The notes beneath the pieces are model-generated. The model was not told the origin of the DNA and did not search any database. It was given only the letters and a program-made list of their open reading frames with translations. 64,000 nt of DNA, taken from NCBI GenBank assembly GCA_043805415.1, contig JAZDHZ010000009.1, positions 13,973 to 77,972 on the forward strand, given 5' to 3'. A program made the translations under genes and the position numbers. This stretch comes from Candidatus Omnitrophota bacterium (GTDB lineage Bacteria; Omnitrophota; Gorgyraeia; B26-G9). Positions 32,007 through 41,457 of this stretch are shown here, in pieces (the stretch's first letter is position 1; every line of letters begins with the position of its first letter).

Positions 32007-32621
32007 ATGGCTATTAAAAAATCAAAAACAAAACAGCTTGGGCAGTTATTGATGGAAAAAGAGATCATCACTCATGGCCAGCTGGATCAGGCGCTTGAAA
32101 TTCAGCTCAAAGATGGCGGTTTGCTGGGGCAGATACTTATTAAACTGGGATTTGTTACCGAACAGCAGATTGAAGACAGTGTTTTTGAGCAAACAACTAA
32201 TTCCCAAAAGCTTGAAAATGTGCTTATGGAAATGGGGATAATCACTCAAGAGCAGATAAATCTAGCTAATGATTTGGAGAAAAAAGAGGGTAGTTTTTTC
32301 GCGCAAAACATTATTAAGCTGGGGTTTCTTGGAGCCGAAGATTTAGTAAGCATTATGGTGACTCAATTCGGATTTCCTTATTTACAGCTAGAAAATTACG
32401 AAATAGATCCTGAAATAGTAAAGCTTGTTCCCCAAAATATTGCCCAGAAATTCAGTTTAATCGCTATTGATAAAATAGGAAATATTTTAACAATAGCCAT
32501 GGCTGACCCTCTAAACGCGAAAGCCCAAGATGAAATAAGAAAAGCTACAGGCTTAAACGTGGAAACTTTTATTTCTACTTATTCTGAAATAGAAGCTGCC
32601 TTGACAAAGAATTACAAATAA
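32007..32621 (+). CDS. Stand-alone MshEN/T2SSE_N-domain protein (no ATPase)
   Basis: Four MshEN-like repeats (QLGQLLMEKEIITHGQLDQALEIQ etc.) followed by IAMADPLN domain. Confidence 0.85.
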   Translation: MAIKKSKTKQLGQLLMEKEIITHGQLDQALEIQLKDGGLLGQILIKLGFVTEQQIEDSVFEQTTNSQKLENVLMEMGIITQEQINLANDLEKKEGSFFAQNIIKLGFLGAEDLVSIMVTQFGFPYLQLENYEIDPEIVKLVPQNIAQKFSLIAIDKIGNILTIAMADPLNAKAQDEIRKATGLNVETFISTYSEIEAALTKNYK

Positions 32622-32649
32622 TAGTATAAGCCTTATCGAGGTTTTTGAA

Positions 32650-34362
32650 ATGACTCAGAGTTTAAAAGAAAAAATGATGGATGTTTTGACCCGGTCTAAT
32701 TTCTTAACGAAAGAACAATTAGACGAAGCGATAGAGGCTCAGAAGAAAACTGGCCGGCGTTTAAGTGATGTTTTGACAATGATGGGGTATATAACCCAAA
32801 AAGATTTAGTTATTGTCTTAAGTCAAAGCTTAAATATTCCTCCGATAAACCTGGCGAAAGTTAAGATCAATCCGGAAATAGTAAAAATCATTCCTCGAGA
32901 ATCTGCTGAAAAGTACCAAGCGCTGGTAGTTTCCAAAATTGGTAAAGTTCTTACGGTTGCGATGGTAGACCCGCTTAATGTTTTGGCAATTGATGAACTA
33001 AAAGTATTGACCAACTATGAATTAAAAATTGTTGTTGCCGAGGAAAAAGAACTTAAAGTCGCGATTAATACTTATTATAGTGACTCGACTAATGAGCAAA
33101 TTAGAAATATTATTGATGACGCCAAGGACATGAATCTGGAAATTATTGAGGATGCTGACAGTCAGGAAAAAATATTTAATACTGCTCAGATGCTTAAGGA
33201 TGTTGAAGGCGCGCCGATTGTTAAAATCACCAACATGCTTTTAGCCCAGGGAATAAAAAATCAAGCCAGTGATATTCTGATCGAACCACAGGAAAAAGTT
33301 TTACGTATCCGCTACCGTTTAGATGGGATTTTAAAAGAATTTCCCGCGCCGCCAAAACATATGGAAGAAGCAATTGTTTCACGGATAAAAGTTTTGTCAG
33401 TTCTCAATATCGCTGAACATCGATTGCCTCAGGACGGCCGGTTTAAAATTAAAGTGGCGGATCGGGAAGTGGATTTCCGTGTTTCGATTATGCCGACAAG
33501 TCATGGGGAAAAAGTCGCTTTGCGTGTTTTGGATAAAACCGCGGTGGTTTTGGATCTGGATAAGATGGGCTTTGAACCGGATGGGCTTAAAATTATAAAA
33601 GAACTGGCCATGGAGCCGCATGGGATGATGCTTATATGCGGACCAACCGGAAGCGGTAAATCAACAACGCTTTATTCAATTCTGAAGTATGTTGATGATC
33701 CGGAAAAAAATATTTGCAGCGCGGAAGATCCGGTTGAATACCAGCTTGAAGGAATAAATCAGGTAAATGTTAATCCTGAAGTTGGATTGACCTTCTGCGG
33801 CGCGCTGCGTTCTTTTTTACGTCAAGATCCTGATGTTATCATGGTTGGGGAAATCCGCGATACCGAAACTCTGGATATTTCGATTAAAGCCGCGCTTACC
33901 GGACATCTTGTTTTAAGCACTTTGCACACCACTGAGGCGGCTGGAGCAGTAACCAGAATGGTTAATATGGGGATTGAACCTTTTTTAATTACTTCTTCCT
34001 GTATTATGGTCTGCGCTCAAAGATTAATCCGCAAAATTTGTCCTGATTGCAAAGAAGGCTATCCGATACCTGCTGAAATAAGAAAAAAATTTAAGATCGG
34101 GGAGCAATATAAAACATTATTCAAAGGCAAGGGGTGCAAAACCTGTCAAGGCACTGGATACAAGGGAAGAATCGGTATGTGCGAAGTTCTGGCCTTAACC
34201 CCTGAAATACGTGATTTAATTATGGTTAGAGCGCAGGAAAATTTAATTAAGGCTAAAGCCCGCGAACAGGGAATGGTTACTTTAAGAGAGCATGGAGTAA
34301 TTAAATGTTTAAAAGGGATTACGACATTGGAAGAAGTTACAAGGCTAACTGCTGACGATTAA
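32650..34362 (+). CDS. pilB: Type IV pilus assembly ATPase PilB (copy 1)
   Basis: MshEN-like N-terminus, GPTGSGKSTT, LRQDPDVIMVGEIRD, two CxxC zinc pairs. Confidence 0.92.
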   Translation: MTQSLKEKMMDVLTRSNFLTKEQLDEAIEAQKKTGRRLSDVLTMMGYITQKDLVIVLSQSLNIPPINLAKVKINPEIVKIIPRESAEKYQALVVSKIGKVLTVAMVDPLNVLAIDELKVLTNYELKIVVAEEKELKVAINTYYSDSTNEQIRNIIDDAKDMNLEIIEDADSQEKIFNTAQMLKDVEGAPIVKITNMLLAQGIKNQASDILIEPQEKVLRIRYRLDGILKEFPAPPKHMEEAIVSRIKVLSVLNIAEHRLPQDGRFKIKVADREVDFRVSIMPTSHGEKVALRVLDKTAVVLDLDKMGFEPDGLKIIKELAMEPHGMMLICGPTGSGKSTTLYSILKYVDDPEKNICSAEDPVEYQLEGINQVNVNPEVGLTFCGALRSFLRQDPDVIMVGEIRDTETLDISIKAALTGHLVLSTLHTTEAAGAVTRMVNMGIEPFLITSSCIMVCAQRLIRKICPDCKEGYPIPAEIRKKFKIGEQYKTLFKGKGCKTCQGTGYKGRIGMCEVLALTPEIRDLIMVRAQENLIKAKAREQGMVTLREHGVIKCLKGITTLEEVTRLTADD

Positions 34363-34383
34363 AAATAGTAGAGAGTAGGGATT

Positions 34384-36102
34384 ATGCGTAGGACAAAAAA
34401 ACGTCTTAATGAGCTTTTGCTGGATTACAATTTAATAAGCGAAAAAGATGTTATTAGCGCTTTAGAAATTCAGCGCAAAAGAGGCGGACAATTAGCGACA
34501 ATATTAATCGAGGAAAATTTTGTTAAAGAAGAAGATATTGTAACTTGTTTTTGCCGTTATTTAAATGTTCCTCCGATAAACCTTTCCAAATTCCATGGCG
34601 ATGAAAAAAAGATAAAACTTATTCCCGAACACGTTGCAAGACATTATCGTTTGATCTGCATATCGCAAGTTGGTAATATGCTGACAGTAGCGATGTGCGA
34701 TCCTTTGAACGTGCTGGCGATTGATGATATTAAGGCTTTAACGGGTTATGATATTATTCCAGTGGTATCAGCATTGAGCGGGATTACATTAGCGGTTGAT
34801 CGTTTCTATCATCATAAAGAAGAGGTTAAGACTGAAGAAAGTTTTGATGATTTAGTCAAAGAAATCAATGAGGATGATATTCAGCTGGTTAAAGAAATTG
34901 AACAGATTGATATCGGGGATGTTATCAGATCAAGCAGCGAAGCGCCGATAGTCAAGATGCTTGATGCTTTAATCGCTGAAGCATTGATGAAAAGGGCTTC
35001 GGATATTCATATCGAACCATATGAGACAAAAATAAGAGTACGCTATCGAGTTGACGGAGCATTGCAGGAAGCAGCGATTTTACCGAAAAAGATTCAAAAC
35101 GCGATAGCCGCGAGAATAAAGATTATGTCTAACCTGGATATTACGCAAAGGCTTGTTCCTCAGGATGGAAGATTTAAAGTAAGGCTTGGCGATAAAGAAG
35201 TTGATTTTCGTGTTTCTATTTTACCAATCAGTTTTGGGGAAAAAGTGGTAATGCGTGCTTTGGATAAAGCTAATCTTAGTATCGGTCTTGAGGCTTTAGG
35301 TTTTTTGCCGCAAGCAATGGATGCTTTTGCCTACGCGGTTGCTCAGCCTTATGGAATGATTCTGGTAACTGGTCCGACTGGAAGCGGTAAATCAACCACG
35401 CTGTATTCGGTTTTAAATAAACTTAATGTTCCGGAGCGCAATTTGATTACAATCGAAGATCCGGTTGAATATCAGGTAGATGGAATAACCCAGGTCCAAG
35501 TAAAAGCTGATGTCGGGCTTACTTTCGGTCAGGGACTGCGGGCAATTTTACGGCAAAATCCCGATATTCTTATGGTTGGAGAAATTCGTGATTTTGAAAC
35601 CGGAGATATCGCGGTAAAAGCAGCTTTGACTGGAGCCTTGCTGTTAAGCACATTGCATACTAATGATGCTCCGGGAGCGGTAACCCGGCTTATTGATATG
35701 GGCATAGAGCCGTTTCTTATTGCCAGCAGTGTTATTGCTGTCGCGGCGCAGCGGTTAGCACGTTCAATTTGTCCTAATTGCAAGGAGGCTTATAAAATTC
35801 CCCAATCAGTTTTAGATAGAATGGACCTTGTCCTTGACGCGGAAAAAATTACTGTATACAGAGGTAAGGGTTGTGATAAATGCGGAGGAACCGGGTATAA
35901 AGGACGTTTTGCGATTCTCGAAGTAATGGTGGTAAATGATGCAATCAGAGAAATGATAATGAATCGCAATTCCAGTGATGAAATAAAGCGTTATGCCAGG
36001 AAAAAAAACGGGATGTTGACTTTACGCGATTCCGGCATTCAGAATTTTCTTAAAGGTCAGACAACTCTTGAGGAGGTATTAAGAGTAACCTCCAAAGAAT
36101 AA
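34384..36102 (+). CDS. pilB: Type IV pilus assembly ATPase PilB (copy 2)
   Basis: ASDIHIEP, GPTGSGKSTT, LRQNPDILMVGEIRD, CxxC motifs. Confidence 0.92.
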   Translation: MRRTKKRLNELLLDYNLISEKDVISALEIQRKRGGQLATILIEENFVKEEDIVTCFCRYLNVPPINLSKFHGDEKKIKLIPEHVARHYRLICISQVGNMLTVAMCDPLNVLAIDDIKALTGYDIIPVVSALSGITLAVDRFYHHKEEVKTEESFDDLVKEINEDDIQLVKEIEQIDIGDVIRSSSEAPIVKMLDALIAEALMKRASDIHIEPYETKIRVRYRVDGALQEAAILPKKIQNAIAARIKIMSNLDITQRLVPQDGRFKVRLGDKEVDFRVSILPISFGEKVVMRALDKANLSIGLEALGFLPQAMDAFAYAVAQPYGMILVTGPTGSGKSTTLYSVLNKLNVPERNLITIEDPVEYQVDGITQVQVKADVGLTFGQGLRAILRQNPDILMVGEIRDFETGDIAVKAALTGALLLSTLHTNDAPGAVTRLIDMGIEPFLIASSVIAVAAQRLARSICPNCKEAYKIPQSVLDRMDLVLDAEKITVYRGKGCDKCGGTGYKGRFAILEVMVVNDAIREMIMNRNSSDEIKRYARKKNGMLTLRDSGIQNFLKGQTTLEEVLRVTSKE

Positions 36103-36216
36103 TTCTGACTAACAGATTAAATTTTAGTTAAAAAAAATGCTTTTTGTTGTATAATGTTTAGAAGTAAAAATTATAAGTAATATTTAATGGCTGCTTTGAT
36201 TTTATAGGAGGGGAAA

Positions 36217-37422
36217 ATGCCTTTATTTAAATACGTTGCAAAAGATGAAGACGGCAATGCTGTTGATGATCTGATCGAAGCAAAAGATGAAATGGTTGCT
36301 CTTGATATGCTCAGAGTTAAAAATCTGATTATTATCTCAATTACTGAGCAAAAGCAAGCGAAAGCCAAGGCCAAAACTGGGGGTAAGAAAATAAAAGCGG
36401 AAGAGCTGGTAATTTTTTCCCGACAGCTGGCAACAATGGTTAATGCTGGAATCCCGCTTGTGCAAAGTCTTGATATCTTAAGTGAGCAAATGGAGAGCAT
36501 AACATTCAGGCATGTAGTAACAACGATCAGGAGTGATGTAGAATCCGGATCTAGTTTGTCAGCTGCTTTGGAAAAACATCCAAAAGTTTTTACCATGCTG
36601 TATACAAATATGGTGCGAGCCGGAGAAACCAGCGGTATGCTGGATGAAATTCTTGAGAGACTTGCTGGTTATTTAGAAAAGAGCGGTTCATTGGCGCGTA
36701 AAGTAAAATCTGCCATGGTTTATCCGGCAGTTGTTTCGATGATGGCTATTGGAATAACCTTAGTTCTATTATTGAAAGTTATTCCGACTTTTAAGGAGAT
36801 ATTTGCTTCTTTGGGCGGCACGCTTCCTTTGCCTACTCAAATATTGATTAATATTTCAGACACTTTACAGGTATATTTTATCTATGTAGTTGCTGCTTTA
36901 GTGGCAATTGGGTTTGCCGTTGCTAAAGTTATACAAACTCCGCAGGGTAAACTGCGTTTTGATCAGCTAAAGCTTGGTTTGCCGGTATTTGGTCCTTTAC
37001 TTAGAAAAGTTGCTGTTGCTCGATTTTCCCGAACACTTTCAACCTTGATCAGAAGCGGCGTGCCGATTTTAGGCGCCTTAGAAATTGTGGGAAAAACATC
37101 AGGCAATGTTGTGATTGAAGCAGCAGTAGAAAGTTCGCGGGTAGGAATTCGCGAAGGAGAAAGTATTGCCTCTCCACTTGCCAAAAGTAAAGCTTTTCCT
37201 CCAATGGTAACCAGAATGATATCAGTTGGCGAGGAATCTGGAGAGCTTGAAAAAATGCTTACAAAAATTGCTGATTTTTATGAGGATCAGGTAGATGCGG
37301 CAGTAAGCGGCTTAACCAGTTTAATTGAGCCATTGATTATTGCTTTTTTAGGTCTTGTTGTTGGATCTATAGTAATTGCCATGTTTTTGCCGATATTCAA
37401 GATCAGTGAACTTATTGGTTAG
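36217..37422 (+). CDS. pilC: Type IV pilus platform protein PilC (T2SSF family)
   Basis: FSRQLATMVNAGIP, AGETSG, GEESGELEKML, LIEPLII. Confidence 0.95.
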   Translation: MPLFKYVAKDEDGNAVDDLIEAKDEMVALDMLRVKNLIIISITEQKQAKAKAKTGGKKIKAEELVIFSRQLATMVNAGIPLVQSLDILSEQMESITFRHVVTTIRSDVESGSSLSAALEKHPKVFTMLYTNMVRAGETSGMLDEILERLAGYLEKSGSLARKVKSAMVYPAVVSMMAIGITLVLLLKVIPTFKEIFASLGGTLPLPTQILINISDTLQVYFIYVVAALVAIGFAVAKVIQTPQGKLRFDQLKLGLPVFGPLLRKVAVARFSRTLSTLIRSGVPILGALEIVGKTSGNVVIEAAVESSRVGIREGESIASPLAKSKAFPPMVTRMISVGEESGELEKMLTKIADFYEDQVDAAVSGLTSLIEPLIIAFLGLVVGSIVIAMFLPIFKISELIG

Positions 37423-37478
37423 AGCTATAAATATCTGCAATTATTAAACTTAATCCTAGTAAGCTGTTTGCAAAAGCA

Positions 37479-37507
37479 TTGACAAAACTTGGTTGCTCAG
37501 GTATACT
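37479..37507 (+). promoter_or_regulatory. Sigma70-type promoter of minor-pilin cassette 1
   Basis: TTGACA-17 nt-TATACT; boxes and spacing conserved in the duplicate at 41182-41210. Confidence 0.8.
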
Positions 37508-37550
37508 TATATAAAAGGTATAAGAAAAGTAAAAGTTTTATTTATTTTAG

Positions 37551-37764
37551 CCTTTTATCGAAATAGCAAACCCACTGAAAAGTGGGGACGTTTCTCTGAG
37601 ATTACTTACTGGTAAACACAGCAATGAAACACCGAATGATTCTACTTCCTTAAATCACATCAATCGGGGCAAAGCCACGGGTCTAATGGTATTCCTTAAT
37701 AGACGGCCGGGTTACCGAAATAAAAAGGAAAAGCCAATGATAGCCGAGCTACCGAAATAAAAGG
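37551..37764 (+). ncRNA. Atypical c-di-GMP-I (GEMM) family riboswitch, A20 variant, with 79-nt insertion
   Basis: ATCGAAATAGCAAACCCACTGAAAAGTGGGGACG [79 nt] CAAAGCCACGGGTCTAA...GACGGCCGGGTTACCGAA...GATAGCCGAGCTACCGAA; lies between a promoter and a terminator. Confidence 0.8.
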
Positions 37765-37778
37765 TAGGTCGGTTTTTT
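37743..37778 (+). terminator. Riboswitch expression-platform terminator (cassette 1)
   Basis: GCCGAGCTACC-GAAATAAAA-GGTAGGTCGGT followed by a T run. Confidence 0.8.
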
Positions 37779-37828
37779 GCGTTTTATGTTTAACAATTGT
37801 TCGGTAATTTAGGGAAATTAAAAGTGTT

Positions 37829-38236
37829 ATGAAAAAAAATAAAGCATTTACCTTGATTGAACTAATGATTAGTTCTGTTATTCTTGTAGTATGTTTATTT
37901 TCCCTGATCACAAGTTTTATTATGTGTTATGGATTAAGTGAAACAGCAAGAAACACAACTATCGCTACAGAAGACGGGCGGAGGGTTATTGAGGAAATGC
38001 GCAGTACTAGCGCTGAATCTTTGGTTTTAGTTGTAAATGAAGATTGGAGCGCTTGGGCAGCAGCGCATGGTTGTGTTAATTTAGAGCAAGAGCAAATTCT
38101 GGTTACGTATACAGACCGTAATGGCACTGGTGACCCGCTTGATGATGATCCCTTAGAAGTAAGCGTAAACGTGACTTGGCAAGAGCGGGGCCGTTGGCGG
38201 ATTTTAAATTTCAATGTTCTGCTTACGCCTAGATAG
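37829..38236 (+). CDS. Minor pilin, PilV-like (cassette 1)
   Basis: Class III signal KNKA|FTLIELM; 135 aa. Confidence 0.85.
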   Translation: MKKNKAFTLIELMISSVILVVCLFSLITSFIMCYGLSETARNTTIATEDGRRVIEEMRSTSAESLVLVVNEDWSAWAAAHGCVNLEQEQILVTYTDRNGTGDPLDDDPLEVSVNVTWQERGRWRILNFNVLLTPR

Positions 38237-38280
38237 AGAACGATTATTTTAATATTTTTTTTAAAACAAGAGCTGAGCCG

Positions 38281-38865
38281 ATGAATAAAAAGAAAATTAA
38301 TAAAATAGCTATTTTCACCCGCGCGCCTGAAAGCCGTGGGTATCAACTTGTCAAAATATGGTTTAATGCGCAAGGTTTTACGCTTATAGAGTTAATGGTT
38401 AGTTGTAGTATTTTAGTTATTCTGGTTTCAAGTGTTTTCGCTATATTAACTTCAGGCAGCCGGTTATGGGCAGTTAGTGTGGCTCAGATCGATATTAGCG
38501 CTTCAGCACGTAATGCTATGGCTAGGGTGTTTGATGATCTGTCTCAGGCAGGCCAGGATACAGTAATTGTAAGTCCTGGACATGACGCGATTACTTTTCA
38601 AACGCCTGATTCTTATTCTGGGGGAATTATATCTTGGGGAAATCAAATCCAATATTCCTTAGGCGGTTTAAATGGACAACAACTTTTACGTACTGATTTG
38701 GTGTCGGGAGATGTCCAGGTATGGGGAAATAATATTACCCTATTGCAGCTTGATCAAACTAAAGATGATACGATAGATATCCAAATCACATTAAGTAAAC
38801 AATCGGCTAAGGGTGATATTTTAACTGTACAGCTTGGATCTCAGGTCCGGCTGCGAAATAAATAG
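38281..38865 (+). CDS. Minor pilin, PilW/PulJ-like (cassette 1)
   Basis: QG|FTLIELMV; C-terminal VRLRN. Confidence 0.85.
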   Translation: MNKKKINKIAIFTRAPESRGYQLVKIWFNAQGFTLIELMVSCSILVILVSSVFAILTSGSRLWAVSVAQIDISASARNAMARVFDDLSQAGQDTVIVSPGHDAITFQTPDSYSGGIISWGNQIQYSLGGLNGQQLLRTDLVSGDVQVWGNNITLLQLDQTKDDTIDIQITLSKQSAKGDILTVQLGSQVRLRNK

Positions 38866-38878
38866 GCGGTGAAAAATA

Positions 38879-40582
38879 ATGAAAAAAAAGGATATTTTTG
38901 CGAAAGAGAAAAAAATGGTCTACAGTAATAAGGGAGTGGCTTTAATTGCCGCGTATTTTACTCTCTTAGTTCTGACGATACTTTTTGTTTCTTTTATGGG
39001 CCGAATTTTTACTGAAAGCCGAGCTGCGGGAAGAAATAAGGAGGTCGTAGAAACATCCTATTTAGCTGAAGCAGGAATTGATCAGGTAACAGTTGATTTG
39101 CATAAATTATTCAAAGCTTATTTTATTGCCCAAGGACGCAGAGAAAGCGCTTTTGTCTGGTTTGACGATTTGCCTAATTCGGCTAAATATGTTTTGCCGG
39201 TTAATGCGGCTTTAGGTCCTGGTACGTATACGGTTCAGATAACTGATGTTAATTCTTCTATCTCTTCTCAGCGGGAGATTACATTTGTTTCCACAGCTCA
39301 AATAGATAATATAATAAAGAAAGTGACAGCAGTGATTCGTTATGAATTAGTTTCTTCAGAAGTATTTAAAAATAGCTACTTTGTTAATAATTTTGGCTGG
39401 TTGTGGGGGAATACCATAACCAGTCAAGGCGATATTCGGGCGAACGGCAATTTTAGCTTTGGGACCTATACTCCAACAATTAACGGAGACATTTATGCCG
39501 CGGTAAATCCTGATATCGGTGCGACCGGGGCAATTATTGGTAATAATGATTATGATAATATTACTGATTACCGCGATGATTCCTCAACCGCGGCGCGGCC
39601 AAGTAATCCAAGTGCTGATCCTCAGGATATTAATTTAGACGGAATTATTGAGCAATTTGCTTACGCGGATGGTTATGATGGTGCTAGTGATAAGATATCT
39701 AACCTTGAAGGCGTGGAAATGCCTTATCTCGGAGATCTGCAGGAATATAAAGATATAGCAATCGCGCAAAATGGAACAATATCACAAGGCGGGGCTGTGA
39801 TTGTGACTAATGTGCTGGATACTACAGGAGCCGACACCATTGTATTAATCGGAACAGCGGCAAATCCAATTCAGCTTAACGGTCCGGTAGTAATTGCCGG
39901 TGATGTTCTGATAAAAGGGGTCGTTACCGGACAAGGTACTATTTATTCCGGAAGAAATATTCATATCGGGGGTAATGTAACTTATAAGAATGCGCCTTCT
40001 TGGGTGAAACCTGATACTGACTCCGCGACAACTGATACCCAGGCTGATGCCTGCGATTTTTTAGGCTTGGCGGCAAAGGGAAATATTGTTGTCGGTGATT
40101 ATACCAGCGGTACTTTTAACCTGATAGAAAATTACTTAAAACCGCCTTTTACTCAGCCCTATAAGGTTGACCCCACAGATGCGGGCATTGGCTATGTTTC
40201 CTATACATCAGGGGGGGACTCTTATTTTAATGGTGACTATACCGCTAATGACGGAGGCAGGAAATTTGATTCAGCGGGTAATGACGCGGGGGCACGGAAA
40301 TTTTATGAATCTTCATTAAAAGACAATGAGTTTCGGTCATTTTGTGATAGCGGATTGTTTACGAGAATTGACGCGATATGCTATACAAACCATGCTTTAA
40401 CCGGAAGAATAGGGCAAATGGTTATAAATGGAATAATTGTTTCTCGCGATGAGGCAACTTCGTATTCTGGACATCTGACTTTGAATTATGATATTCGGGC
40501 AAAATCAGACAGATTGGGGAAAAAGATGTATTTGCCGAGAAGTTTGGCTTTGCCGCATACGGTGTATCTGAAAAGAGATTGA
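38879..40582 (+). CDS. Large PilX-like minor pilin with adhesin-like C-terminal region (cassette 1)
   Basis: KG|VALIAAY lacking Glu5, YLAEAGID PilX N-terminal motif; Gly/Asn/Asp-rich beta-rich body; 567 aa. Confidence 0.8.
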   Translation: MKKKDIFAKEKKMVYSNKGVALIAAYFTLLVLTILFVSFMGRIFTESRAAGRNKEVVETSYLAEAGIDQVTVDLHKLFKAYFIAQGRRESAFVWFDDLPNSAKYVLPVNAALGPGTYTVQITDVNSSISSQREITFVSTAQIDNIIKKVTAVIRYELVSSEVFKNSYFVNNFGWLWGNTITSQGDIRANGNFSFGTYTPTINGDIYAAVNPDIGATGAIIGNNDYDNITDYRDDSSTAARPSNPSADPQDINLDGIIEQFAYADGYDGASDKISNLEGVEMPYLGDLQEYKDIAIAQNGTISQGGAVIVTNVLDTTGADTIVLIGTAANPIQLNGPVVIAGDVLIKGVVTGQGTIYSGRNIHIGGNVTYKNAPSWVKPDTDSATTDTQADACDFLGLAAKGNIVVGDYTSGTFNLIENYLKPPFTQPYKVDPTDAGIGYVSYTSGGDSYFNGDYTANDGGRKFDSAGNDAGARKFYESSLKDNEFRSFCDSGLFTRIDAICYTNHALTGRIGQMVINGIIVSRDEATSYSGHLTLNYDIRAKSDRLGKKMYLPRSLALPHTVYLKRD

Positions 40583-40598
40583 AATTACTAAGAGAAAG

Positions 40599-41021
40599 GT
40601 GTTGAAAATGAAGGGTGTAAAGTTGTGTATGACAATTATTATACTGCTTTCCCAGACGAATGGAGTGTATGGTTTTTTTCAGGATGATGGAACTGATCCT
40701 CAGCCAGTAATACAAGAAATGGTTGCGCAGCGCCAAGCTATAGAAAAAAGATATATAGCTTATGAAAAACAAAAAGCATTGGAAAAAGAAAAAACAAAAG
40801 AACGCTTATCCTGGACAAAAATCAGGCTTGAGCAAATGCGGGATGCTCAAGGCAGAAAAAATATAAACACCCGATCCAATATGAATATAGAGTCGAAGAA
40901 TGGAAGCCGGAAAAACACAGCAGCAGTTCAATCATTTAAAATTGCTCAAATTATCCTATTAATCGCGGGTTTATTTGGCTGCGTGTTTTGGATATATAAA
41001 ATCAACAAAAAAAAATTGTGA
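40599..41021 (+). CDS. Small exported protein with C-terminal TM and basic tail
   Basis: Signal-like N-terminus; ends IILLIAGLFGCVFWIYKINKKKL. Confidence 0.65.
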   Translation: MLKMKGVKLCMTIIILLSQTNGVYGFFQDDGTDPQPVIQEMVAQRQAIEKRYIAYEKQKALEKEKTKERLSWTKIRLEQMRDAQGRKNINTRSNMNIESKNGSRKNTAAVQSFKIAQIILLIAGLFGCVFWIYKINKKKL

Positions 41022-41181
41022 TCAGATATATAATACTGAATAAAGTTGTTTGAATATTCTTGATTTGCGCGTAATAACTTCGGGAATAGCCTGAGTAATT
41101 TTAAAGAGATGCTGAAAAATATGGAGCATATAAGTATATATAATAATTAAAGTTAATAATAATAAAATGTTTGCAAAAGTA

Positions 41182-41210
41182 TTGACAAGGTTTGGTAGCT
41201 AATGTATACT
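41182..41210 (+). promoter_or_regulatory. Sigma70-type promoter of minor-pilin cassette 2
   Basis: TTGACA-17 nt-TATACT. Confidence 0.8.
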
Positions 41211-41242
41211 TATATTATAGGTAAAAGTTTTATTTATTTTAC

Positions 41243-41457
41243 CCTTTTATCGATAATGGCAAACCCACTGAAAAGTGGGGGCGTTTCTCTGAGATTACTT
41301 ACTGGTAAACACAGCAATGAAACACCGAATGATTTTACTTCCTTGAATCGCATCAATCGGGGCAAAGCCACGGGTCTAATGGTGTTCCTTAATAGACGGC
41401 CGGGTTACCGAAATAAAAAGGAAAAGCCAATGATAGCCGAGCTACCGAAATAAAAGG
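41243..41457 (+). ncRNA. Atypical c-di-GMP-I (GEMM) riboswitch, G20 variant, with 79-nt insertion
   Basis: ATCGATAATGGCAAACCCACTGAAAAGTGGGGGCG [79 nt] CAAAGCCACGGGTCTAA...; near-identical to 37551-37764. Confidence 0.8.

Noticed and set aside
37590-37630. Hammerhead ribozyme in the riboswitch insertion (CTGAGA...GAAAC)
   Set aside because: The core needs CUGANGA and a stem I; one core nucleotide is missing and no stem I is available.
41202-41453. 83-aa ORF in the second leader (and the antisense ORF 37696-37911)
   Set aside because: Starts inside the promoter, overlaps the riboswitch, and its start is not conserved in the duplicate; most likely spurious.
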